Shown: one piece after another, positions 29,285 through 39,235 of the stretch
Numbering within the stretch: the first letter of the stretch is position 1
Layout: every line of letters begins with the position of its first letter
From: an uncultured Alphaproteobacteria bacterium
GTDB lineage: Bacteria; Pseudomonadota; Alphaproteobacteria; RF32; CAG-239
NCBI GenBank assembly: GCA_946629975.1
Contig: CAMOYJ010000001.1
Coordinates: forward strand, 1-63,531
Direction of reading: 5' to 3'
Length of the DNA stretch: 63,531 nucleotides
Program-made: the position numbers and the translations under genes
Notes under the pieces: generated by a model
Database searches by the model: none
What the model was told of the DNA's origin: nothing
What the model saw: only the letters and a program-made list of their open reading frames with translations

Positions 29285-30677
29285 GATTATTGTTTTTTGT
29301 CTTGTGTTTATGGCTTCTTGCACGGTTGGGCCCGATTTTGAAAGAAGAGATGTTTATAAAGATCGGCAAATTGCCGAGAGCCTTCAACTCACGGGAAGAG
29401 ATTTGAAGATTGACCCGTGTTGGTATCAAGATTTCAAAGATGAGAGCCTAAATGCGCTGATAAACAAAAGCCTTTCAAACAACACCTCTGTTTTAAGCGG
29501 CATTGAGCGCTTAAAACAAGCGCGGACATCGGTCAAAATTGCAAGAGCCGAATATTTGCCGAAATTAAACACTTCGGCAGGGTATGATTATGCAAGGGCG
29601 AGCGAAAACATCGGACTTTCCGCCGACACAAACTATTTTTCTTTAGGCTTTGATGCTAATTGGGAGATAGATATTTGGGGCGCGGGCAGGCGCTTAAACG
29701 AAAAAACGACTGCACAATTTTGGCAAAGCTACTATAATTTGCAAAACATTAAGGCTTTGATTGCAGCCGAAACGGCAAGCACCTATTTTGCACTCAAAAC
29801 GGCTCAGGAAAAATGGCGCATTTCGAAAGCAAATCTTGCCTTGCAACAAGATATTTTTAAAACGGTTGAGGCAAAATATCAGGCAGGTTTGGCAGACCTT
29901 GCAAGCTATAATCAAAGCAAATATGTTGTCAACAAAACAAAGGCCTTAATTCCGGCCTTGGAGGCTCAAATCAAAGCTTATCAAACGGCACTTGCCGTGC
30001 TCACCGGAACGTTGCCCGACGAGTTGGGTGTTGATTTGAGCTTAAAAAAAGCAAATCCGATTAAAAAAGCTTATCAATACGATATGAAAAAACTTTTTGA
30101 TTTGCCGGCAAATATTATCCGCACGCGTGCCGATGTGAAAGCCGCCGAAAAGGCAATGGTGGCACAAAATGCGGCAATCGGGCAGGCTACTGCGGCCATT
30201 TATCCGAACATATCAATTTCGGGGCTCTTGGGGTTGCAATCAAGCGCCGGTTCAAAACTTTTCAAATCATCAAGCAAGGCATATGGCTACGAGCCCTCCC
30301 TTGTGCAGCCGATTTTTCATTTCGGACAGCTCAAAAACCAAATTGAACTGGAGCGCGAAAAAATGGAAGAAACATATCAAAACTATCGGCAAATTTTGCT
30401 CAATGCTGTCAAAGAACTTGCCGATTCGCTAACAAATTTGCAAAAAGAATATCAAACAAACCGCGCTTCTCAAAACGCGGCACATAGTATGAGAGAAGCG
30501 TTTCAATCTATGAAAGAAAAATATGAAAGCGGGCTGATTGAATATGCCGCGCTTTTGGAAGTTCAGCAGGATTTGCTTGAAGCCGAAACAGATTTGGCGC
30601 AGTCAAACGGCGCAATATATCAAAAAATCATCGCTTTTTATAAGGCAACCGGCGGCGGATATAATGATGAAAAATAA
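29277..30677 (+). CDS. RND efflux outer-membrane factor lipoprotein (NodT family)
   Basis: [14 protein letters not shown]|CTVGPDF lipobox and start motif. The ATG at 29277 overlaps the pump stop. The track start at 29181 lies inside the pump gene. Confidence 0.85.
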   Translation: MRKIIVFCLVFMASCTVGPDFERRDVYKDRQIAESLQLTGRDLKIDPCWYQDFKDESLNALINKSLSNNTSVLSGIERLKQARTSVKIARAEYLPKLNTSAGYDYARASENIGLSADTNYFSLGFDANWEIDIWGAGRRLNEKTTAQFWQSYYNLQNIKALIAAETASTYFALKTAQEKWRISKANLALQQDIFKTVEAKYQAGLADLASYNQSKYVVNKTKALIPALEAQIKAYQTALAVLTGTLPDELGVDLSLKKANPIKKAYQYDMKKLFDLPANIIRTRADVKAAEKAMVAQNAAIGQATAAIYPNISISGLLGLQSSAGSKLFKSSSKAYGYEPSLVQPIFHFGQLKNQIELEREKMEETYQNYRQILLNAVKELADSLTNLQKEYQTNRASQNAAHSMREAFQSMKEKYESGLIEYAALLEVQQDLLEAETDLAQSNGAIYQKIIAFYKATGGGYNDEK

Positions 30678-30680
30678 TGC

Positions 30681-30872
30681 TTGATTTTTTTATCTTAAGG
30701 CTTATGATAAAAAGTGCAGCGAGTTGCTGCGGTGTCTAGTAAACACGGTATATCCGAGAATACTCCTCAATGAAGGGGAGTTCTTGAAATAAGCGTATTT
30801 TATGGCGAATAAAAGAGTCTGTTCTCGGACAGTTTACTAGCTCCCCGTTTTGATTTTTCAAAGCGGTTTTTT
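30681..30872 (+). promoter_or_regulatory. Promoter + structured leader + intrinsic terminator (leader family member A)
   Basis: TTGATT-16-TATGAT promoter. Hairpin gcagc-gagtt-gctgc. Nested helices 30736-44/30832-40 and 30753-60/30822-29. Hairpin 30762-68/30775-81. Terminator 30845-30872 (9 bp plus T6) lies 30 nt before the OMP start. Confidence 0.55.
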
Positions 30873-30902
30873 AATTAATATTCTAAAGAAAGGACTCTTC
30901 TC

Positions 30903-31613
30903 ATGAAAAAAACATTACTACTTGCATCTGTGATTTCTTCTTTTGCATTTTGTGCACAGGCGCAATATTATCAACAACCTCGAACAAGAACTATTACAAG
31001 GACGGTATATCAGAACCCATATCAACCTCAACCGCAAAATATGGCACCATATCAACAAGCACAGTATTCAAGTCCATTTTATTTTCAACCCTATTTAGGC
31101 GTCGATTACAGTTATAATATTGTTGATTTTGGGAGCGATGAGGACGGCGATTCGCTTGACAGTTATTATAATGATAAGCTTCATACCGGTATTTTGTCTT
31201 TAGGTGCTAAAGTTCATGATAATTTTGCTTTAGAAGCCTATTATAAAAAATCAACCAAAGCCAAAAAAACTAATTCTACGCTTTTTACTGTGCCAGTGAC
31301 AACGGAACTTGAATTACAATCTTTCGGTGTTGATGCCATTTTTCACTCACCACGTTTAGGCTATGATAACAGGGTGGAATTAATTGGATCTGTTGGTGTC
31401 GCTTGGTATGAACTTAAAGTAAAAATGAATGCTTCAAGCCTTGGTTCTGCAAGTGGTAAAGATAATCATATCGGTTTTCGTGCTGGCGCAGGTTTTCAAT
31501 ATTACCTTAATGATAATGTCGCATTGCGATTGATGGGACACTATAATAATACAGGTATTGATGATGCCGAAAATTTGTACGATATAACAGCCGGTGTAAG
31601 ATTATATTTCTAA
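30903..31613 (+). CDS. Outer-membrane beta-barrel protein (OmpA-like/porin-family barrel) with a Gln/Pro/Tyr-rich N-terminal region
   Basis: Signal peptide (…CAQAQ), alternating beta-strand pattern, and a C-terminal GVRLYF. Confidence 0.7.
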   Translation: MKKTLLLASVISSFAFCAQAQYYQQPRTRTITRTVYQNPYQPQPQNMAPYQQAQYSSPFYFQPYLGVDYSYNIVDFGSDEDGDSLDSYYNDKLHTGILSLGAKVHDNFALEAYYKKSTKAKKTNSTLFTVPVTTELELQSFGVDAIFHSPRLGYDNRVELIGSVGVAWYELKVKMNASSLGSASGKDNHIGFRAGAGFQYYLNDNVALRLMGHYNNTGIDDAENLYDITAGVRLYF

Positions 31614-31625
31614 ATTCTCATATAA

Positions 31626-31652
31626 AAAAAGCCTCTCGATTGAGAGGCTTTT
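31626..31652 (+). terminator. Rho-independent terminator (copy 1 of a duplicated 27-nt hairpin)
   Basis: gcctctc-gatt-gagaggc hairpin plus TTTT. Confidence 0.65.
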
Positions 31653-31710
31653 GCTTGCAATTTAATTAAAACGAATATATTATTTTTATGTATTTATAAA
31701 AGAGGTATCT

Positions 31711-32529
31711 ATGGCAAAAAAAATTGTGTTATCTTTCTTCTTTCTTATTCTTATTTGTTTTGGTACATTTGTTTATGTAAAAACAAAACAACCCCCTTAT
31801 ATTCTTGGACAAGAGGATATCATAACACACAAAAAAGAAGACGCTATCAATAGATTTAAGAACGCTATAAAAACCAACAATCCGGAAATAGTTGCAGAAT
31901 ATGTTCAATATCCGTTTGTTCGTCGTAATCCTATCCCTGATATACAAAATAAACAGGAATTGATAGAAAGATATGATACATTGTTTGATAAAAATATCAG
32001 GCAGCTCATACTTGATTCAAAGACGGAAGATTGGGAAGAGGTTGGTTATGAAGGTATTATGTTATATAGCGGAGTTCTATGGATTAATTATGAGGGCAAA
32101 TTAATAGCAATAAATACATTAACAGAAAAAGAAGTTGATTTTGTAAATGATTGGTATGAAAAAGACAAAAAGAATCTTTATTCTGATATAAGAAATTTTT
32201 ATGAAAATGTATGTATTTTTGAAACGGAAACTTATCTTGGGCGCATTGATGAAATTAAGAAAACGAATGATGATCCTTACAGTAGCTATAGATTATCTCT
32301 TTGGAATAAAGGGCAATCAATGTTGGAAAAGCCTTTATTGATTGCTCCAAATGGAGAAATTAATTTTTATGGAAGCAGTGATAATCATATATATACTTTT
32401 GAAAATAACAATAAAACTTATATGTTTGAAGTCACTTATGTTGGACCGATAGATCTTATTCCTTACCAATTGACAATAAGTCAAGACGATAAAATCTTTT
32501 TATCACAAGAAGCAAAAATAATAAAATAA
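31711..32529 (+). CDS. Hypothetical membrane-anchored protein
   Basis: N-terminal TM helix. Asn/Lys/Glu/Tyr/Ile-rich and more AT-rich than neighbouring genes. No family recognised. Confidence 0.5.
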   Translation: MAKKIVLSFFFLILICFGTFVYVKTKQPPYILGQEDIITHKKEDAINRFKNAIKTNNPEIVAEYVQYPFVRRNPIPDIQNKQELIERYDTLFDKNIRQLILDSKTEDWEEVGYEGIMLYSGVLWINYEGKLIAINTLTEKEVDFVNDWYEKDKKNLYSDIRNFYENVCIFETETYLGRIDEIKKTNDDPYSSYRLSLWNKGQSMLEKPLLIAPNGEINFYGSSDNHIYTFENNNKTYMFEVTYVGPIDLIPYQLTISQDDKIFLSQEAKIIK

Positions 32530-32712
32530 AGTAAAGAGCTTTTTTTAAGCTCTTTACCACAAAACTACCAAAACAATCCAAGTTGGCGTATTAGCTCTTC
32601 AATCCAATCATTACGTTCTTTTCCAATATCTTTTCGATGAATGTTTTTTAAAATTCCATTTTCACCGAATACATCTTTATTACGTATTGCCTGATAAAGA
32701 TGAGGCAACATT

Positions 32713-32741
32713 TAAAAAAAAGCCTCTCGATTGAGAGGCTT
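32713..32741 (-). terminator. Rho-independent terminator (copy 2 of the duplicated 27-nt hairpin)
   Basis: Same gcctctc/gagaggc hairpin. On the minus strand it is followed by U8 and lies 18 nt after the stop of 32759-33397. Confidence 0.7.
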
Positions 32742-32758
32742 AGTTTTTTTTAATCAAT

Positions 32759-33397
32759 TTATTGTGCGTTAATCAAAAAGATTTCAACGCGGCGGTTTTG
32801 CTCGCGACCGGCTGCTGTGTCATTTGAGGCAATCGGTTGAGATGCGCCCATGCCGGCAACTGAAATACGCGCACCGTTCACACCACGCAGTTGCAAATAG
32901 TTTGCAACTGTTGCAGCTCTGCGTTGAGAGAGCGGAATGTTGATTTTGTCATTGCCTGTTGAATCGGTGTGTCCGATCACTTGCAAGTTTGTTTTGTTAT
33001 ATTCTTTGGCAACAATGGCAACAGAATCCAAAACCTTGTTGGCACTTGTTTTCATCACATCGTTGTTGGTGTCAAAGGTGATGGCGTTTGGCATGATGAG
33101 GCGAATATTTTGCCCGTCACGCGCAACCTGAACACCTGTGCCTTGCAAGCTTTCGCGGAGTTTTCGCGCTTGAATATCCATATAGCCGCCTGTGCCGGCT
33201 CCTGCTGCCGCACCGACACCTGCGCCGATTAAAGCACCTTTTTCACCGCCGATTAAGGCGCCGACACCGGCTCCGACTGCTGTGCCGATACCTGTGCCCC
33301 ATGCGGTTTTTGAAACCTTGCTTTCGCCTGTGTAAGGATCAGTTGCACAGGCTGAAAGAAAAGCAATAGCAATAAGAGATAAAATGGTTTTTTTCAT
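32759..33397 (-). CDS. OmpA-family lipoprotein with glycine-zipper N-domain
   Basis: Lipobox LSA|C. GxxxG glycine-zipper stretch. OmpA C-like domain (GHTDSTGNDKINIPLSQRRA...NRRVEI). Confidence 0.8.
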   Translation of the reverse strand: MKKTILSLIAIAFLSACATDPYTGESKVSKTAWGTGIGTAVGAGVGALIGGEKGALIGAGVGAAAGAGTGGYMDIQARKLRESLQGTGVQVARDGQNIRLIMPNAITFDTNNDVMKTSANKVLDSVAIVAKEYNKTNLQVIGHTDSTGNDKINIPLSQRRAATVANYLQLRGVNGARISVAGMGASQPIASNDTAAGREQNRRVEIFLINAQ

Positions 33398-33422
33398 AAA
33401 TTTGTTCCTTTCAAAAATAAAG

Positions 33423-36047
33423 TTATAAATCTTTTATGCGATCAAAAGCTTCTTGAAGCTTTTGTTTTTGTTCCAAAGCCTCGCTTTGGCGGCGTTTTTC
33501 TTCTTCAACAACCTTTTGGGGGGCTCTTGAAATGAAGCTCTCGTTTGTCAGTTTGGCCTCATAACCTTTAAGACGTCCCTCAAGCTCTGAAAGCTCTTTG
33601 TTCAAACGCGCTCTTTCAGCCTCGAAATCAACAACACCTTTCAGCGGAATGAAAAACACACCGCCCGAAAATGCGCCCTGAACCATATCTTTTGAAACTT
33701 CGGTTGCCAAAAGCTCAATGTTTTCAAGCCTTGCAAGCGACAAAACCATTTGCTTCGTTTCATCTAAATGATTTTGCTTTAAGTCATTTAAAAACACAGT
33801 CAATTTTGCGCCGGCAGGCAAGTTCAAATCTGCCCTCAAAGAACGGATAGAGGTAATCAAATCAATTGCCCAGTCAATAGCGGAAGCGTTTGCGTTCTGA
33901 GCTTTGACTTCCGGCCATGGGGCATGAATAAGTTTGATATCGCGCTCGGCTAAGTTGTTCCAAAGCTCTGTTGTGATAAACGGCATAAACGGGTGCAAAA
34001 TGATAAGGATCCGGTCAAGCACAAAGGCAGCCGTTTGTTGTGTTTCTTTCTTTTCAGCCTCATTTTGACCGTAAAACACTGATTTTGAAAGCTCAATATA
34101 CCAATCGCAGAATGTGCCCCAAACAAACTGATAAACAGCATTCGCCGCATCTGAAAAACGAAAATCGTTTAAGTTTTTGGTCACCTCCGATGTGGCTTCA
34201 TCGGCTTTGGCTAAAATCCATTTGTTCAAATCCATGTGAACTTTTTGAGGATCAAAATCTTTGGTATATTTACAACCATTCATTTCGCAGAACCTGGCTG
34301 CATTCCACAATTTCGTTGCAAAGTTTCGATAGCCTGCAATACGCGTATCAGAAATATTAATATCGCGACCTTGTGTTTCGGAAGCGGCCATAAAGAACCT
34401 CAAAGCATCGGCGCCGTATTTTTCAATAGTTTCCATCGGGTCAACCGTGTTGCCTTTGGATTTGCTCATTTTGCGACCTTGTTCATCGCGCACAAGCCCG
34501 TGGATGTAGCATTTTTTGAACGGTACTCTTTTCATTTGATACATGCTCATCATCATCATTCTGGCAACCCAGAAAAAGATGATGTCAAAACCGGTCACCA
34601 AAACAGAGGTTGGATAGAAGGTGTCTAAAAACTCTGTTTTGTCAGGCCAGCCTAATGTTGAAAATGCCCATAAACCTGATGAAAACCAAGTGTCTAACAC
34701 ATCTGTTTCGCGCGTGAGCTCAACTTTTTTACCAAAGTGTTTTTCGGCTTGTTTATAAGCTTCTTCTTCAGTTTCTTCACAAAAGATTGTGCCGTCTGAG
34801 GCATACCAAATCGGCATTTGATGCCCCCACCAAAGTTGGCGCGAAATACACCACGGCTGAATGTTGCGCATCCACTCAAAATACGTTTTTTCATAATTTT
34901 TCGGCACAAATTGCATATCACCATTCTCAACGGCTTTAATGGCATCAATGGCGAGCGTTGGGGCATCAACAAACCATTGGTCCGTCATCAAAGGTTCAAT
35001 CACGGCACCCGTTCTGTCGCCATAAGGAATAACCATCGGGTGGTCTTCAATTTTTTCCATCAAGCCTAATTTTTCCAAAGCCTCAATGGTCTTTTGGCGA
35101 GCCTCGGTTGTGCTCAATCCTTCAAACGGGGTGTTTCCATTTAAAGTGGCATCTTTGTTTAAGATGTTGATCATCTCTAAATTGTGACGTTTGCCAACTT
35201 CAAAGTCGTTGAAATCATGCGCCGGTGTGATCTTCACGGCACCTGTGCCCTTTTCGGGGTCGGCATGCTCGTCGGCAATAATCGGAATTTCACGATCCGT
35301 CAAAGGAAGCAGGCAGGTTTTGCCGATAAGGTGCTTTAATTTTTCATTGTCTTTCGAAACAGCAACAGCCGTATCGCCGAACATTGTTTCAGGACGTGTG
35401 GTTGCAATGTGGATAAACTCACCATCTTCGCCCTTAATCGGATATTTGTAATAATACATTTTGCCCACGGTTTCTTTTTGAACAACTTCCAAATCAGAAA
35501 CAGCGGTCATCAATTTCGGATCCCAGTTGACGAGTTTTTTGGCTTTATAAATCAAACCGTCTTTGTAAAGCGAAACAAAAATTTTCAAAACGGCGCGCGA
35601 CAAACCTTCGTCCATGGTAAAACGCTCGCGGCTCCAATCACACGAAGCACCCAAACGTCTTAGTTGTCTGCAAATTGTGCCGCCTGATTTTTCACGCCAC
35701 TTCCAAACAGTTTCAATAAACTTTTCACGGCCTAAATCATGGCGCGAAACGCCATCTTTTGCAAGCTCGCGCTCAACAACCATTTGAGTTGCAATGCCTG
35801 CATGGTCTGTGCCCGGCTGCCACAAAACTTTTTTGCCAAGCATTCTGTTGTAGCGCACCAAAATATCTTGAAGCGTATCGTCCAAAGCATGTCCCATGTG
35901 CAAAACGCCTGTCACATTCGGCGGGGGGATCACAATGGCAAAAGCATCTTTGTTCGAGCGCATATCAGGTTTAAAATCGCCCGATTGTTCCCAGTCTTGA
36001 TAAATACGTTGTTCCGCATCACTCGGATTATAATTTTTTTCTAACAT
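33423..36047 (-). CDS. valS: Valyl-tRNA synthetase
   Basis: PPPNVTGVLHMGHAL (HIGH) and KMSKSKGN motifs, plus a C-terminal coiled coil. Confidence 0.95.
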   Translation of the reverse strand: MLEKNYNPSDAEQRIYQDWEQSGDFKPDMRSNKDAFAIVIPPPNVTGVLHMGHALDDTLQDILVRYNRMLGKKVLWQPGTDHAGIATQMVVERELAKDGVSRHDLGREKFIETVWKWREKSGGTICRQLRRLGASCDWSRERFTMDEGLSRAVLKIFVSLYKDGLIYKAKKLVNWDPKLMTAVSDLEVVQKETVGKMYYYKYPIKGEDGEFIHIATTRPETMFGDTAVAVSKDNEKLKHLIGKTCLLPLTDREIPIIADEHADPEKGTGAVKITPAHDFNDFEVGKRHNLEMINILNKDATLNGNTPFEGLSTTEARQKTIEALEKLGLMEKIEDHPMVIPYGDRTGAVIEPLMTDQWFVDAPTLAIDAIKAVENGDMQFVPKNYEKTYFEWMRNIQPWCISRQLWWGHQMPIWYASDGTIFCEETEEEAYKQAEKHFGKKVELTRETDVLDTWFSSGLWAFSTLGWPDKTEFLDTFYPTSVLVTGFDIIFFWVARMMMMSMYQMKRVPFKKCYIHGLVRDEQGRKMSKSKGNTVDPMETIEKYGADALRFFMAASETQGRDINISDTRIAGYRNFATKLWNAARFCEMNGCKYTKDFDPQKVHMDLNKWILAKADEATSEVTKNLNDFRFSDAANAVYQFVWGTFCDWYIELSKSVFYGQNEAEKKETQQTAAFVLDRILIILHPFMPFITTELWNNLAERDIKLIHAPWPEVKAQNANASAIDWAIDLITSIRSLRADLNLPAGAKLTVFLNDLKQNHLDETKQMVLSLARLENIELLATEVSKDMVQGAFSGGVFFIPLKGVVDFEAERARLNKELSELEGRLKGYEAKLTNESFISRAPQKVVEEEKRRQSEALEQKQKLQEAFDRIKDL

Positions 36048-36115
36048 AACATTTCCTATTTTTTCTTGATGGTTAAAAACAAAAGTCGAAACGGAGACGG
36101 GTTAAGGCAAACGCT

Positions 36116-36370
36116 TTATAAATCCGTCTTTTCCGGCACTCGGACTTCTTGTTTTTTAGCCTCAGCTTCTTCCGCCTCAAAAATGGCGGCATATTCTTTT
36201 AAGACTTCATCAACAACCTTATTATAATCAAGCTCCAAGGAGGATTTGTGAATCATCTCTTTGGTGAGCTCAAAAACTTCTTCTTTTGAAGCAATTTCCT
36301 GCTTTTCAAGCAAGATGCTTCTGATGGAAGCTAAAATTTCTTCGGTTGATATGTCTTCTTGATTATCCAT
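36116..36370 (-). CDS. DUF2497-like small acidic protein
   Basis: EEILASIRSILLEK N-terminal motif. tolC-DUF2497-valS order as in many alphaproteobacteria. The ATG at 36370 is preferred because the longer track ORF would overlap tolC. Confidence 0.55.
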   Translation of the reverse strand: MDNQEDISTEEILASIRSILLEKQEIASKEEVFELTKEMIHKSSLELDYNKVVDEVLKEYAAIFEAEEAEAKKQEVRVPEKTDL

Positions 36371-36377
36371 TGTTGAC

Positions 36378-37742
36378 CTATTTATCAATAGAAAGTGAAA
36401 GCCATTTGTTTCGCGTTTCTTTTGAATGTTTTTCAGCATCGTAATATTCAACATTCAAATTCAAATCTTTGGCTGTGAGTTTGCCCATGGCAAGCATCAA
36501 AGCCATGCCCGAAACATAGTAGTCACGGCGGGCACGAACTTCTTGCACATTGGCATTTAAAAGCTCTTGATACGCATCCAACACATCTAAAACCGTGCGG
36601 TTGCCTAAAGCTTCTTCCTGCTGAACACCGTCAAGCGCAATGGCATAAGCTCTGATTTGGTCTTTCACCGATTTAATACGCGATTCGTTTGAAACCATAT
36701 ATTCATAGCTTGAAGTCACAATCGAAATCATCTCGCGTTCGGCAGCCTGAACTTGTTCTTGCGCCTGCCATTTTTGATATTTGCTTTGGCGAATTTTGGC
36801 ACGTGTTTGACCCGCGCTATATAAAGGCACATTTAAGTTGACGCCCCATTCAAAACTGTTTGTTTCAGGGTCTTTTGTTTGTTTAGATTCTGACTTTGAG
36901 CGAGCAGCCGTTGCATCAAAAGAAACTTGAGGCAAAAGAGCGCCGTTGTTTGCGGCAACGGTATATGTCTTGGAATCTAAGTTGCTTTTGGCGGCTTTTA
37001 AGTTGTAGTTGTGATCATAAGCATATTTTAAAGCTTCATCTTGATTTTTCGGGAACAGATCAGCCAAAGTTTTCGGTTCTTCTAAGCCGTCAGGCGATGT
37101 GCCGATAATTTCAACATAAGTTGCTTTTGAAGCGGCTAAGTTGCCTTCGGCGGCAATGCGATCCGAGATGGCTGCACTGTGGCGCGCTTCGGCTTGAGAA
37201 ACATCGGTCCTTGTGACCTCACCAACATTGAAACGTTCGCGTGTTTCATCCAAACGTTTTTTCAAAAGCTCTTCATTGTTTTTTTGGAGTTTGACAATCG
37301 ATTCGTCGCGCAAAACATCAAGATATGCCGTTGATGCAGCAAGCAAAATTTCTTGTTCGATGTTGTATAAATCGCTTTGTGCGGCCTCAACGCCTTTGTC
37401 TGCGGCTCTCACAGAATTAAAAGTTGAAAAACCGTTGAAAATAGGCTGGCTCAAAACGGCAGCAACAGATTTGCGGTAGCCTTCATTGACGGGCACAACA
37501 TCATTGTGAGCGTGTGTGTCCGTATAATTGCCGTTAAGATAAATGTTTGGGCGGTAGCCTGATTTGGCAATGGCAACATTTTCATCTGTTGCGCGAAGCC
37601 CGGCGCGGCCGGCTTGCAAAGTCGGGTTGTGCTGATAAGCATCCCCCATAGCTTCAAAAATAGAAGCGGCATTAGCATTAAATGATAAGATCGAACCGAG
37701 CAAAAGCGCGGCGGTCAAAGATTTTTTCATTTGGTTCACCAT
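36378..37742 (-). CDS. tolC: TolC-family outer-membrane channel
   Basis: Signal peptide plus two repeats of the TolC helical/barrel pattern (…YRPNIYLNGNY…, …LLPQVSFDA…). Confidence 0.85.
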   Translation of the reverse strand: MVNQMKKSLTAALLLGSILSFNANAASIFEAMGDAYQHNPTLQAGRAGLRATDENVAIAKSGYRPNIYLNGNYTDTHAHNDVVPVNEGYRKSVAAVLSQPIFNGFSTFNSVRAADKGVEAAQSDLYNIEQEILLAASTAYLDVLRDESIVKLQKNNEELLKKRLDETRERFNVGEVTRTDVSQAEARHSAAISDRIAAEGNLAASKATYVEIIGTSPDGLEEPKTLADLFPKNQDEALKYAYDHNYNLKAAKSNLDSKTYTVAANNGALLPQVSFDATAARSKSESKQTKDPETNSFEWGVNLNVPLYSAGQTRAKIRQSKYQKWQAQEQVQAAEREMISIVTSSYEYMVSNESRIKSVKDQIRAYAIALDGVQQEEALGNRTVLDVLDAYQELLNANVQEVRARRDYYVSGMALMLAMGKLTAKDLNLNVEYYDAEKHSKETRNKWLSLSIDK

Positions 37743-37912
37743 ACATATTTCTTCTAAAAACTGATGGCATACTATACAATTTATAACTCAAAAGCAAGTT
37801 TTTTTTATGAGTTTTGTATATGTGCAAGAAAGATTAATGAGATATTTTTCTGTTGAAATTTGAAATGAAGTTTATATAATGGCATCAATTTTGATTAAAG
37901 GACACAAGATAA

Positions 37913-39235
37913 ATGACAAATATAAAAGTTCGTTTTGCACCCTCCCCGACGGGGCATATGCATATCGGAAACACCAGAACAGCCTTGTTTAACTGGCTTT
38001 GGGCAAAAAAAATGGGCGGCGAATTTATGCTCCGCATTGATGACACGGATTTTGCGCGTTCTAAAAAAGAATATGAAGATTCAATGCGCGAAAGCCTCAA
38101 ATGGCTCGGGCTCACATGGAGCTCGGAAGCGCGTCAATCCGCGCGTTTTGAACGCTACAAAGAAATAACCGAAAAGCTCATCAAAGAAGGCCGTATTTAT
38201 GCTTGCTACGAAACGCCGGAAGAACTGGAGTTCAAAAGAAAACGCGCGCTTTCAAAAGGTTTGCCTCCGATTTATGACAGGCAGGCTTTGAGCTACACAA
38301 AAGAAGATATTGCTGCCTTTGAAAAAGAAGGGCGCAAACCGCACTATCGCTTCAAATTAAATGCCGGCGAAATCAAGTGGAATGATGCCGTCAGAGGTGA
38401 GGTCAAATATGATGCGGCTAATTTGAGCGACCCGATTATCATTCGTGAAGACGGTTCATATTTATATCATCTGCCGTCTGTGATTGATGATTCGGATTTT
38501 GGAATCACACATATTTTGCGTGGTGAAGACCATGTAACAAACACAGCCTCACAAATCCAGATGTTTGAAGCTATCGGCGGGTTTGTGCCAACTTTTGCGC
38601 ATTTGCCGCTCTTGACCGGCAAAGAGGGCAAGCTTTCAAAACGTTTAGGCAGTTTAGGGGTGCGCGAATTAAGAGCCGAAGGTGTGGAGAATATGGCGAT
38701 TTGCTCGTATCTTGCCAAACTCGGCACATCAGAAGACATTCGCTCGTTTTACAGTTTGGATGAGCTTGCCGAAACGCTCGATTTTTCAAAAATCGGACAC
38801 GCTCAGCCGAAGTTTGATGTGGAAGATTTGAAGCACTTTAATATCAAACATATCCACACAATGCCTTATACAAGCGTTAAAGACCGTGTGAGTGTTGATG
38901 AAGCTTTTTGGAACAAGGTAAAAGCCAACTTGGAAAAAGTTGAAGATATCAACGTTTGGGCGCGTATTTGTAACGACGAAATCACCCCGAGCATTGAAAA
39001 CAAAGCTTTAACGGATATGGCAGCAGATTTGCTTGAAAACAAAGCTTTTGATGAAGAAACATTCTCAGCTTGGATGAATGCCGTGAAAGAAAAATCAGGT
39101 TTAAAAGGCAAAGACCTTTTCCACCCGATTCGCATGGCTTTAACAGGCGAAGCATCGGGGCCTGAGCTCAAAACATTGCTCCCGTTGATCGGATATGAAA
39201 AAGCCTATAGGCGCCTCAAAGGACAAAAGGCCTAA
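37913..39235 (+). CDS. gltX: Glutamyl-tRNA synthetase
   Basis: VRFAPSPTGHMHIGNTRTALFNW (HIGH) and KLSKR motifs. Confidence 0.95.
   Translation: MTNIKVRFAPSPTGHMHIGNTRTALFNWLWAKKMGGEFMLRIDDTDFARSKKEYEDSMRESLKWLGLTWSSEARQSARFERYKEITEKLIKEGRIYACYETPEELEFKRKRALSKGLPPIYDRQALSYTKEDIAAFEKEGRKPHYRFKLNAGEIKWNDAVRGEVKYDAANLSDPIIIREDGSYLYHLPSVIDDSDFGITHILRGEDHVTNTASQIQMFEAIGGFVPTFAHLPLLTGKEGKLSKRLGSLGVRELRAEGVENMAICSYLAKLGTSEDIRSFYSLDELAETLDFSKIGHAQPKFDVEDLKHFNIKHIHTMPYTSVKDRVSVDEAFWNKVKANLEKVEDINVWARICNDEITPSIENKALTDMAADLLENKAFDEETFSAWMNAVKEKSGLKGKDLFHPIRMALTGEASGPELKTLLPLIGYEKAYRRLKGQKA

Noticed and set aside
30716-30872. Assignment of the leader family to a known riboswitch class. GGGGAGT in member A recalls the Mn2+ yybP-ykoY L1 motif, and ATGGTGTTC in member B recalls the fluoride crcB motif.
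   Set aside because: The resemblances are single short strings and are not shared by all three members. The rest of each consensus is absent (TTGACAT-type L3, and CTGATGA..CCT for fluoride). The downstream genes are not transporters for those ligands.
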